Below, piece after piece: positions 13,671-26,900 of a stretch of DNA of 64,000 nucleotides. Origin of the DNA: Phoronis australis (taxonomy: Eukaryota > Animalia > Phoronida); the NCBI GenBank assembly GCA_002633005.1, contig NMRA01000008.1, forward strand, positions 440,985 to 504,984. Reading direction: 5' to 3'. Under the pieces are notes generated by a model. The model did no database searches. It worked only from the letters and a program-made list of their open reading frames with translations, and was not told the origin of the DNA. A program made the translations under genes and the position numbers. The stretch's first letter is position 1. Each line of letters opens with the position of its first letter.

Positions 13671-14274
13671 TACTCTCGTTTTTTATTTATTATAACAGAT
13701 TATTTAAAATTTTGTTTCATGCTGCAATGGTTTTATTTTTAGTCTGCGATTTCTGTCGAGTTTTGGCAGTATCATATTTCGCATGTGGTACGGTTTTCCA
13801 TGGATTGGTTTCGACCAAATGATAAACAATTACTTTCCACTGTATTGCACTTGCGCTTTAAAATATTCAAAAAACATAACAACGAGCTTGCTATCCAGTC
13901 TTACATCTTGTTTTTGAGCCATTACGGACCAGGTCTAGTATATTGTCAGTGTTCGTACATACAACAGGTTTTGGAATTTGAGTAATCCTTAGTTTTCTCA
14001 TTTTCTCTCCGTAGATGTAGGATGGTGCATTCAATGCTAACATATTACTTAATGGTTTGGGTTTCTCAAGGAATTTGTGTTTGTCTATATATATAACTAG
14101 TTGCCATGGCATACTGAAGCCTGACAGGATCCTAAGGTGCGTGACCTTTAGTACGGTGGCATGGTTATTTTAAATTGAGATTTCAGTTAAGACTGTTCTG
14201 TTGTAATATTTTCTATTGCAAAGTGCACTGTAGACATAACAGTTGCAATGAATTGGGCGAACATTTTAAACAAA

Positions 14275-14481
14275 AATATGAGGTCCTTCAGACTTTGACT
14301 GACAATGTGAGGTCCTCCCGACTTTGACTGACAATGTGAGGTCCTTCAGATTTTGAATGACAATGTGAGGTCCTTCAGACTTTGACCGACAATGTGAGGT
14401 CCTTCAGGCTTTGACTGACAGTGTGAGGTCCTTCAGACTTTGACCGACAACGTGAGGTCCTTCAGGCTTTGACCGACAATG
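14275..14481. repeat. 29-bp minisatellite (AATGTGAGGTCCTTCAGACTTTGACTGAC) x7
   Basis: Direct tandem repetition. Confidence 0.92.
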
Positions 14482-14997
14482 TTTTCAAACATTGCTGATA
14501 CATATCATTTTAAACTGGAGACCTGGCAAATCACAATTAATTTAACATTTTCACATTCACTGATATGTTATTTTTCGATTTGGAATTTTGAATCGTTCGA
14601 GATCACTGTCATATCTCTGCTCTTGCCTATCACATGAGATAGAATCTGACACTATGAAAGAATCTGATGTTAGTTGTTAATAGTGGGATCTGATAAGATT
14701 GCTAATAAATCTAGTAAAAATTGCACGCTGTTTTCTGTAGAAGTCCAGGGCTCAGCAGTAGACAACAGATGGGGAAAACTTCATTACAATTGAGAAAAAA
14801 TATCAAATTTCACTTTAAAGTGGAACCTGCACACTAATTCCTTATCTATGTGACTGCTTGATCAAATTAGTTAGAAACACGACATACAGCAAGGATTTGA
14901 ATATGAAGTACGTTTAAAATTGCCAAATGCGTATAAGAACGAGTTTTGTGTTGAAAATGATTGGTCGTAAATCAATCAACCATGTAATTATTGACAT

Positions 14998-15230
14998 GGT
15001 GTTGGGGAATAACACTGCATGATGCGGGATATGTGAGCCTGCGGGGCACGACATTAGTGCAGACGTTACCTATTTGCACAATTTTTGTTTTCACATTTAC
15101 AAGTAGTCAATTAATACAACACTGCACTTTGTTTAGCATAGATGATGTTCAAATAGCATTGTCATTTAGTTCCTGCTACACAATAGCATAGTTAGGAGCA
15201 TGCAAGCACATCTTTAAGAGTAGATGAATG
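14998..15230 (+). repeat. Dispersed SINE-like repeat (family E); second copy near 27715-27905
   Basis: Both copies contain GGTGYTGGGGAATAACACTGCATGATRCGGG..TGAGCCTGCG, ACCTATTT, TTGTTTAGC and AGTTCCTGCTA. Confidence 0.7.
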
Positions 15231-15872
15231 TCTTATACATAGTGAAAAAATCAAGACATTTTCTGAAAATAGCATTCATTTTAAATAACACGCAAGATCA
15301 TGCACCACTGAGACTGCAGTTTACAATAATAATAAAAATAAAGGCATATCCTTCAATATAGTGTTGAAAAACTGGTAATGGTCACTTTCAGGGGTCCTGC
15401 ATTTTGAGAACCGGTTTTCTCCACTCAATAACGGGCATCAGTCTGGATCTCCAAATGTGGGATCACTGAGTAACTACTGCCAAAAAACTTTTAGGAAAAT
15501 GAACTACATACATGTCGGCCCATCGTGAACGTTACATGTAAAATTTAGAATAAATTCTGTATTTTTCAGTAAGAAACTGTAACATAAAATATTAATTAAG
15601 CCACTCTTTCTCATAAAATTGGTCTCCTAATTTTCCTTATTGTGACAGGATTCTGTATCTGCTACCAACAAGTAGAAACCATCAGTGACCAGAGAAAATA
15701 ATTCAGAGTTTGTTGGGGTTGGCCAACTCTAGAATATTGTGAATTTGAAAATGGAGCATGGTCTGTGACTTTGAGACGTCTGCTCATTCAAGGTCACATG
15801 AGCGTGGTAGTATTTTTAAATCCATAGTGCTTCACTTATGAATTCAACATGGACACCTGAACCGAAGCACTG

Positions 15873-16136
15873 GGGCCCGTTCCAACAAGACTGACTTAGC
15901 TAAGACAAATCTTAAATTTTAGTAAATTTGAAAATAAAAGTTAAATTTGCCTTATTAAAACAAACTCAAGAAAAAGATATTAAGTTTGACTTAAGTGTTT
16001 GACTTAACTGTTTGACTTAAGTTTTGTCTTAATTTTAACTACCTCACCGAATATGGAAGTTTCAAAGTTTGGAAGTTAAGACAAAACTTAAACTTGAGTC
16101 AAAAATGAACTTAAGTCAGTTTGTTGGAAAAGGTCC
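15873..16136. mobile_element. PIF/Harbinger-type MITE
   Basis: TIRs GGGCCCGTTCCAACAAGACTGACTTA / TAAGTCAGTTTGTTGGAAAAGGTCC, 3-bp CTG flanks, and internal GACTTAAG repeats. Confidence 0.75.
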
Positions 16137-17933
16137 CTGGTCACTTAACTATCAAAACAAGTAAAGCACATACAAATTGATTTGTAATAGAATTTAATTG
16201 TGTTGGATTTGCTTCACATTTTCTATAGAATTGTATTGGTGGTATCAGTGATACAACCAATACAATTGTATGGAAAATGTTATGCAAATGCAACACAATT
16301 AAATGAAAAGACAAAAATATTCAGAATACAAAGCATTTCACCAAAACTGACAACAGTACAAAGAAGTATAAGCACTGACGCAACCCTTGTTTCGCTTTTG
16401 ATGATGTAGATAACGACCTCAGAGATCACAACATTGCCAAAGACACTTATTTAACAGTAGCAGTGCCATCTTCAACACTGATGACAATACTGGCACACCC
16501 AAAATAATCATGAAGCAAGAAGTATTGACGACATTGCTGACATGAAACCTTCCCCAAAACGAATGACTTCAAATATCTGGATACCGGACATACAGCACGA
16601 GAAAGCAATCGATGAGAGCAGTCCCGGGGGGGAGGGATCTCAAGTCAAGAACGGTTAAATTGTAGGATAACATGACATACTCTGCATAACCCTTGGCGAG
16701 ATCTGTAGATATACTGAGTTCAGAAGACTCCCTCAAGCTCATCAAACGTTTAATTAAAAATGGCAACTACAACGCCATCTGCCAACCAATTTCGCCCCAA
16801 ACACATAGGCCTCCAGCTTTTCATGAGGTACATGGTGAGTGTAAATTTCATGTAAATCGGGCTAAAAATATGGCCGCCAGTGGTGTGCCCATGAAAGACC
16901 AACAACAAAGTAGCGTGAGACATTGGTCCATAAAAGAACGGTCATGACTCAAATGAATCTCGCATAACTTGAAAACTGTCAAGTCAAGGTGAGAATTCAG
17001 ATTGCACAATGCAGACAGCGCTCAGCGAGATCTACGCACATACCAAACTTGAGAGAGAGATTCGTCGAGAGGTGCCGGAGATAGGGCATGAAAAAATAGT
17101 CCATGAAAGAGAAGTCATGGGAAATTCTTAAATAACTAGAGACTGAGTGAGAAGCGGATGACACAACCCACGAGTTCTATGAACATACCAAATTTCCCAA
17201 GAATCCCTCAAAAGACCGCAGAGCTAGACCTATGTGAAGCAAAAATTCAAAAAAGTGGCTGTCACAGCACCCTCTTTGGTTCAATTCCATCTCAAAACAA
17301 ACTGGCCTTTAGCTTTCAACGAGAAACACGTCTGTAAATTTCATGTCGGTCTGACAAAAAATGCGACCTGTAGCATGTGTACAAACGAACGAATGAACGA
17401 ACAAAAACTCACGGCATGGCGACAGACTTGGAGAAGTTTCATTTCCCCACATAAGTGATATGCGTTACTACCAATGCAAGCACAGTTACAGTTAAATACA
17501 AATATTAATTCATAATTTAATGTAAATGTTTAAACAGCATGTTCAATACCACGATTGTCTTTAAACAACTTTCTTTTTACACAATACAGAATACAATGAT
17601 ATTTATCTGGCATGATACCTTTTCAGGGTACATCGAAAAGATATCCCCCATCACAAAGTGCTATATTCCCATATTAAGCCATCTTTCTGGAACTGCATGA
17701 AGTTATAAATACTTTATACATTCTGTGGAAGCAGCAAAATAACAATGAAAAATAAACCACACAACAAAAATTTAAAATGTTTTTTTTCATAAGTTGCGTC
17801 CCAAGGCGAGCTCCCACCTCCAGTTCACACTGAGCGGCAGAGCATGTATTTCAGACATCGTCGACAAACATCAGTACTTCATCTTGACGTCAAATAGTTC
17901 ACGTGCCCGTAATGCATGACCGAGCTTCTCCAT

Positions 17934-20900
17934 TCACTGTGACGTTGCCTTGGCCACAGCTGCCCAGTTACAATACTTTTTCATGTATATGAACATTCTG
18001 AAAATATGCGTTAATGCGGTGATCACAGGCGCTCAATAGCTCTTCATCAGAAATAGTTCCCAATGTTTACAGGTTATAACACAAACCGTAACAACACCCC
18101 CATATTTCCACCCGACTCTTACAATTCGGGGGCAGACCAAATAAGACGCTACTTTTGGCAATTCAAACTCGCCTCAAAATTACTTTCACTTAGTTTGAAT
18201 TTGCAGATTTTGGGTATTCCAAAAACTCAGACAATGTAACTTAAAATTTTGCCCAAAAATATGTTGGATCTAACCATAAGCTAGTAAGTCATCATGAAGG
18301 GTACCAGACCTCAACATCGCTTAATAAATACCTAAAGGTGATTAATGTCTCCACGACAACCACAATAATGACCCGAGTCTCGTGATAGTAAACATTTCAA
18401 CATAAAAACTGGTGTACACCCTGAACAACCAGGCTTTCATCTAGCAGGCGTCCAAATCGACACTCCGACTCAAATTTAGACACCCTAGCTAGGACACCCT
18501 GTTAAGCATTTGGATGCCATGTTCATCATTTGAACGCCCTAGTAGCATTGGTGTCTTTTAACTTATTAATTACAGCTTTCGGAAATTTTTGGCTTGTCCA
18601 GAATAAATAAGTTATTTAAGATATAATGTAGGATATGATGGATTTTATTGCAGATTCATGTCTCCACTGGATATATACCACACTATAACACCTATTTGAC
18701 TTGAGGTCATAAAAACGCAGACAGTGGTCATGGATGCCCTAAGAAATTGGAAGTCAATTTTACCAAGATGCCTAACTTTCGAAATCCTGGATGGACCCCT
18801 GCCTCCACGAAACAGAAGTAAACACAAATACTGACACACTCATTGGAAACACATGGGCGGCGCACCATAGGGGGCTGGGGTGGAGGGGGGGCAGTATAGC
18901 CCCCACTTTTTTCAGTGCTAGGCCGCCCATGGTCTATAGGCAGTGCATCACAAGGGGGCTGAGAGGACTTTAGCCACTCCACTTTTTTGAGTGCTGCGCC
19001 GCCCATGAAACACTAAGTGCACACTTACGCTGCAGCGCCGAGGAAGAATGTACAAGCATGAGTGACAAGAAGTGCAGGGAGGTTCTCCAAGCTGAACAGC
19101 GAACTTTTCATGACGCGTGTGTTGCGCATACTCAGACGACTACGGGCCGGGTGGCGGAACTGTTTACCCCAGTCGCTGGAAGTAAAAACCATTACACACG
19201 AGTCTTACAAAAATTTCAGTTAATTATGCATTGACCATTAGACCACCCATAATCTGGATGTTAGCAACAAAACAGGTCTGGGAATTTCTGTACAGGCTTT
19301 TTGTTTGAGAATTTGGCTGTCAAAAACCTAAACTTACAATGTTTTCATAGAATGTTGCAATCTTCATTTTTGCCAGTCTAGTTCTCAAGCTAACATGATT
19401 TTTGCTTCAAAGACTTCTCAGTGAATAACCCAGTAATTCTGGGGGGTTCTTCAATTGCATTATGGGATGGTTGTCGTCACGTAAACATTCGGGGATATCA
19501 CAGATATCGAGGTGACGTGTGAACAGTATGAACAGAGAACACCCCTCGTCAAATGAGCGCACCACAATTGCAAGCACGGCTCCACTGTTTCCTAGTGGAA
19601 TTACGACAAAACAACCATCAAAGAATAATCAAATATTGAAAATGCGCCTCAAGTGTTCTGCACGAAAGATTCTTGAAGTATGCGCCATCCGATCGCACCG
19701 AAGTCAAATCTGACCACCTAAAACACAAATTATAAATCAGGTTCCTTGTCCACAAGTTATCTGTGTGATTTCAGGGGATGTCAATGAGCCAACTGCCCCA
19801 AAATGCATTGAGAAAAGGACAACAGGATATAAATGATATGTCCCAAATTAAGGTTACTTACAACTTCAACACTGTATATTCTAGCAAAGGTGCTCCATGG
19901 AGCAGGAGGATAATTGGGTAATTTATGCTCACTGCTCTTGGGCTACCCATAGTTCCTTGTGTCAATCAAGAATGGTGAAATATCATTAATTTAGGACACA
20001 GCACAGTAATCATCCACTTGTTTGTCAATTTCTATTTTTCACTAGCTGTCAGGTTATCTTATAGCAAATAAGGGTTCTTTTAGTAAATCAGTTATTTCAC
20101 GACATGTACACACTGCAAACCAAGCATGAAATAAACTAAAATGGTCTTAATCATTACTTTTGTGGAGAACTTTAACAGAACACAATTTCACTTGTCGGCC
20201 ATAATGTGTGGTACAAAAGCGAAGAATTACCATAGCATAGCCGATTGTAGGTGAAATTTTATCTTTGACTTTTTCACGAAAAATATTTAGCACCGAATTG
20301 AGGCCTAGCAGTTTTAAGTTTTATTACATAGCTAAGCATCAGACAAGGTGTTGAGCCGTTACGACAGTAGCAACAACATTAACACTCCCATGTTAAAAAA
20401 GCCATTGGAAATTAAAAATGATCAATTCTGGTAATTATTTTTGTCTGACATTGGTGAAATTTTACTGTAACCATAACATGAATGTTTTTCAACAAAGGTA
20501 CATCAAAAGTAACAATTTTCTATCATGAAATCACTTTCATATTTCAGTTAAATTGTAAATTAAGAACTAAGAGCCAAGAAAAATCTAACACTGGTTAAAG
20601 AAGCATAGTGTGGTTTACTACATACTTTGCGTTAATTCACATAACTCGTGGAAAGCTAACTTCTTCACATTTTCGCACAAGAATAATGCTTACATAGTCA
20701 TTTATCTTTTTTTACTGTAGGCTGATTACCTTAATGCAAAAAATTACTGAAATTTCCCAAATATTGTCTGATGACACATACAAGCTACAGCCCATTATAG
20801 ATTAAAGTTTTCTTTATCATTATTTTTGTTGATATTTGACAAAATAAAACTAAGTAAATAATTACAGTAGAGTCTAAACTTACAGATATAAATTCATCAG

Positions 20901-23900
20901 AAAAAATGCTCTGCTCTAAAATAAAATGTTTTTTTTGTCTAAATTTAAAAGACAGTGTTAAATTAATGACGCCCAAAATTTCAAATTCGACACCATACCT
21001 TGGTGGTTGGGACTCCATTCGGCTAGACCAGTCCCAAATCCAGTCTGTTGGTGGCTAAAACATGAAAAATCACTCATCAATTACTTCTAGAACGAGAAAA
21101 ACTACCAAAAAATCCAAAGACAAAAACAACTGAACAGATATTCAAAGTTCATTTTTTGTAAGAATAACAAATACAAGGTTTACTTGTATTAAGTGAGCAT
21201 AAAGTTAATTTTGTACTTGTGTTGCATTTTTAGATCACGAGGAAGATCTGATTGGAACATGAGGATATTGTTCGTGAGATGTCCGGTGGATGGGTTGGTT
21301 ACACTAGCATGCTGAGCATTTCAGTTGTCGAGAGTCCATCACACTCATACACTGAACCATATTTGACAACTGCATAGGCATTGCTATAAATGTTTGAAAC
21401 TAAAAATGGAAACTTGCACACCACTGAGGCAGACGTTGGCATGATTGCAAGAGTACCCGTAAACCCAAGGGAATAAATGGGTCAAACAGCAGTTGTAAAC
21501 AAACATGGCAAAGTAACATTATATACGTAATAAAATGGACAGGGATGCCAAATTCAACATGTTCATGGGGAATAAAAAACTTCCAATCATAAATTGTTTC
21601 ATTGAGAGACAGAATAACAATAAAAAATAGGGATACTTTATGTGTAAGGAAACATGATTACTTTACTCGTGTGAGTAAACATCCATTTTCCTCCTACCTT
21701 CCACCCCTAAAACTCCCAACTTCACAGATTTAAACACCAAAGCTCCCCCCATTGTGAATTTATACAACCAAGACGTCCTTAAACGTGTGTAAAGTCGCAC
21801 ATTTCATCAGAATTTCAGCTCCCAAAACTACATAGCTCATTCGTCCAGGAGTAACTATTTTGAAAATCACCTATCGCTGGTGTTTTGTTTAACTCTTGCA
21901 CTCCCGGTACGTATTGTTAAAACAAATGGAGAGATCACATGACTGATATGAGGTGACCTCTCGTGCTCAATTTGGCGACCTCAGATTTTGTTTGGCGACT
22001 TGGGAAAAATGTCAAGTTGCCACTGTGAATATCAAAGTCAAACAAAAATTCCACCTAATTTCGTTTCAAAATTTGCGTTGACTTCCAAACTTTAAATTAC
22101 TAACAGTTTTCCTAGATTTATTACCTTTGATTCATAATTGTTTCGTTTATTTCGTGAGGCAGCACATACTGCCAGCATGCTCAAATTACAAGAGGAAGTA
22201 AACATACAGAAGTCGGGAATGCTAGGCAAAAACAAGGCAAGATCCGTAAAATACGCGTCATCAGTGACCGATCGTCTGTGTTCTGTCCATTTGCTGGCGG
22301 GAGGAATTGAGTGAATGAATGCACATTTAGGGGGGAGGTTGGAAAGGTACGTGTAACATTCTGAGAATGGGGCACGGTGCGAGCGTATAACCTTTTTACT
22401 TATTTTTTTGGTGACCTAATGCGACTTGGCGTAAAGCTAAGCGTCGAGCGGTGGACCTAGTTCTGGAAAGCTAACACTGTCCAAGCCGACTGCATTTTGA
22501 CATTCATTTTTTTATTTGTCAAAATGAATACCTACAATGGTACGTTTGGGGTTGGATATCACTTGTCATAGATTTGAGACAAAATTTGCATCACTGAATA
22601 ACCGCACACAAATTTTGCATTGTCTACTATGAATAAGGATTACTTCAAATTCAGTGGCTTACCTCAACTGGACTGTTGGTGGCTCTTGGACTGAAAAGAA
22701 GAAGACATTCTGTCACAACAAATTCCAGAAGGTAACCACTTTCTGCAAAAACATATTTTCATTTAAACCACTTGCTTCTTTGCCAACTCTCCCCTTTTTG
22801 AAGGTCTCACATCCTTCCACGCCATCAAAACTTTGTCCCGCTTTTTTACACATGGCGAAACTGACTTTATCACGTTCCTGTGATTTACCGGCTACACAAT
22901 TCACCCCTTTTTCCTCATTCTACTAAAAAGAAAAGAAAAAGCGGTGTTGGGGGGTTTCGGGTTTTACTGAGTAAATTAAACCCTCAGCTAACTTGCAGTC
23001 CTGCTTGGTTATCCAAAACCCACTAGGGGTAATAAAACTTAGCCAGGACCATAAACCTAAGCTGTATTTTCTAACACAGGCCACCTGGGAATAAGCTTCA
23101 CAAAGAACTACCTTGCACATGTCAAATTCAAAAGGCTGTATGTACCAATGACACCACCCTCCAAATTCTGAGCCACTATTTGGACTACCCTCCATCCCCA
23201 AAATGTTCTGTAAGACATAGACCCAGATGTCCTGCAATATATCCATACGTCTTGCTGTTTTTCAATCCCCATATCCCGTTTTTTCATTCTTGGATGCTGC
23301 CTCGACTTGGTAACAGCTTTTTCCTGAAACAGAGCTGACAGCTGCAGTAAAATCTCACCAATTTTGGACAAAATTCACCACAATAATTGCCTTTTTTACT
23401 TTTCTAACATTCCGGTGAAAGTCAACAAAATATAAAACCATTTAATTTTGGTGCTACATATGTTTCAAAGAAAAACAATAAAATAAAATTTTATTTGTCG
23501 GCCATATTTTGTCCTATTAATTACTGAGAGTTTACAAATTACTTGATCAGGTCTCAAGCAATAAACTAATTGTCAGTTTTTCCCAGGCTCCTATTTAAGA
23601 GAGTAACAAGTTAAAACCAGTTTCATGGTACCAGGCAAGTGGCTTTCAGAAGATGGATTTACGGCAGCTTTGAGTTGAGGGGAATGGAAAGTGTTTTTTA
23701 GACTGAGCACATTGACACAAGGAGTCTGAGATGACCCAGACTGAAACACAACCACTGTGCACCAATGTGAAACAAACAACACAAAAACACTACAATTACA
23801 AACCTACAAATTAGTTGAAATCAATAGCATGCCGTTTAGAGGAGAACACGTCTTTCCAATTAAAGGATACCAGTTTTCAAAATTGGTTTACATTAAAGGA

Positions 23901-26900
23901 GCCCAATTATCAAACGAAGCAGTCTGTTGCCATTAAATCATGTCCAGATGTCTTTTGCCCCCAAAAATGACTACAATTAACCCAAAATTTACTATGTGGA
24001 GAATTTCTCGCTTACACTGGTCACAGCTCAGATTTCCTTAGCCCCAGGTAACTTTTATGATGCCTATTCAGCATGCCCTTTGTAGTGATGTAGATCTGAG
24101 CTAATGAAATGGAAAGGTACTAGCTAGCAATACTGTCTCAACAATGGTTGTTGTTATTACACCCAAATTAGTTTTCTCTGACATTTGCACAGAGCACTGA
24201 GCTATACCAGGTATATAACTCATTGCACAGAATTACAGCCAGCATCTGTGAAGAGCAGTTTTAACTTGGTACATTTTAAATGTTACAAAATAACTAAAAA
24301 GTTAACTTATGTTTATCTTCACAAAGGGTCACTTCCCAAAGGAACGATAGTTTTAAATAATTGTTTTATATCGGTATTCGTTATTTAATTTTTAACGCTC
24401 CTGTTAACTTTTTTTTCTTACCGGGAACAGGTTGATAACTTTTTATTTAAGTATTAAACTTGAAGTACCAAAACAGTGGATTTTACATAGTGATTTATTG
24501 AAATACATACACATGGCCATAGGCCCAAAGCATATTATGTACAAGACAGAACATTAGTCAGGTGCAACGTTTCAAACTGGACAATAAATTGTGACGTTTG
24601 AGAGCATGATGGATGAATTTTAGAAGTAGGATATCCGGAGTTCTCATGAGAGATTCAAATTTAGATGTCGTGGGAGAATGACAAAAACGATCACTAACCC
24701 AGAGGTCTTGGTACGCACTGCAAATTCATAAACACAAGGTGGTATTCGTCCTCTACACATTCCGAATTACATAACTCACACAACCTGTTTTCTTAGGGAA
24801 TATTTGTGAGGCGACCTCTTTTCACAAGTAACGAATGATTTGAACATCGCAATCGAGTCAGAGAATACTAACTATTTCTAGATAATTATGAAGACAATAC
24901 ATTGTTTTATACGTACATAGTAAGACAGTTTTGCGTTACTTTCGATATCAGATTGCCAGCCTTGCAAATAACAGTCGTTGACACGTTGAGAAAAAAATGT
25001 CAAGAAATACGCTTGAATGTATATATGAAATATGAAAAACGATACACATAGAAGTTTCCTTACAAAACTTGCCCAATTACAGGAAGATCTTCCAATCAGG
25101 TCTGACTGAAAAAGCATATCACATGCAGCCTTTACCCCACGATTACTAGGCATCTCCAGTATTCTGAACCAGTATTTTATACAGGATACAAAATATTTAG
25201 TAAACAATGGGAATCGACCACATTCTCCCATAATTGCCGAGTTTGAACAACAACTGCCTACTCCTAAAACATTTTTACAAAACTTGATATGTACAGTATT
25301 CCTTTAAGCCCCAAATCTCAGCACCGTAACACAGAGAGGTGTAAACCATTTTATCGAACAGGTGAAAGGCTATTGATCGCCAGCCAAACTTAATTAGCTT
25401 AGTTAATTGTGAGCCCATTCCTGAACTTTGCATATTACAGCTACACTAACATTTCTGGTATCATTAGTTCAATTTTAATCTTTATTACGACTCAAATCAC
25501 AAAATATATTAAACAAAAGTGCAAATGTGGTGAGAGCCAATCTGAAGATTTGGAATCTCTGGACAATTTTGGTGGCACCGACTATATAAATATTCTAGCT
25601 CTTTGTCAGTCATAAAAAATGAAGAGTGGGCACAAGTTAAGTACATCTGTTTCCTGGTCAAAAATCTGGTCAAACGAGATTGAAAGAATATTAAAAGATT
25701 AATCCATGTTATATTGTAAGCTCTGATCAGCGATTGTAAATCCACCGAGTTTATCAATACGCATGATTGTTTATCTTCAATCGTGCCCAATGTTTGTAGT
25801 TTTTAGATTATTAGTTCATCGATTTCTAAAGATCGAAAACTGTACGTTGTTGTTTTTTCTAGCTGAATACCGCCCTGGTGTTCGTTTTTGATGAAAATTA
25901 TTGGTTAATGCATTTTGAAAATTCGCAATTATGTACATGCAGAGATATTTGCTACAGTTTATGGTTGGTTAGTTATACTTAATAGTCCTTTTGCGAGTTT
26001 ATAACAATAACGTGAGATTATGTTAGACTTAGGGGAGAGTGGGGTAAAACGGCCCACCAAGTAAAACGGCCACTTCCCCAGTTTTCTAGCTTAACAAGGC
26101 TGGCGCCAGGTGGCTCTACACTGTTTTATTGCTCGACCGACAGGGGTCGTAACCACATACTGGCGCGAATCTAGCAGAACTGCAGACAACATAAGTTGTG
26201 GCAAGAAATATCTGATGCCCCTCGAAGTTAGGTGAGTACCTCCCTTTCGTAACATATTTAGAAAATGTAAATAAACTTGATTGTGTGATTAAGCTTAACA
26301 GTAATGCCTTGTGAATGAGATAATGACAACAAAATTTAAATTACCTTAACTAGTTTTCTCGATGCATGCTTGATTGTGGTGACATCATTAACGGGTAAGA
26401 CGGACAGCTGGGTAGTGGGCTAAGATGGACAGGGTGACCATTTTACCCCATACATATTTAATAGATAGCAGAAGTAATTTTTAATGTTTTGTTTTGTTTT
26501 GTAGATAATGCCGCGGAAATATATAAGAACGTCTTTAAGAAATGCATGGGAAAGGGAGGACATGGAGAAGGCAATAGCCGCGATGAGGAGAGAGATGGGC
26601 TGTAAAACTGCTGCAAGGCAGTTTGGAATACCGAGAACTACTCTGAAGCGTAGATTTAAAGACCAGAATGGGCCCATGACCAATGTGCCAGGGTAGATAG
26701 CGAAGACGAAGATTGCGTCTGTGACCTCTGCCTCTAGCGACTGCTCGTGGTGGAAAATTTATTGTTAGTTGCTACATTAAATGTAAACTGCCAGTTTCGT
26801 CATGTTAAGGTTTTAAAAGCTAAGAACGCATATTGTATAATGTATGATATAAAAATAAAGAAGAAAAAGACTTTTGTTATGAAATTTCGTTGTATAAATC

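Noticed and set aside
22713-23265. In-frame TGA codons in exon-like segments as selenocysteine
   Set aside because: No redox motif and no SECIS that I could identify; BNIP3 is complete without these segments.
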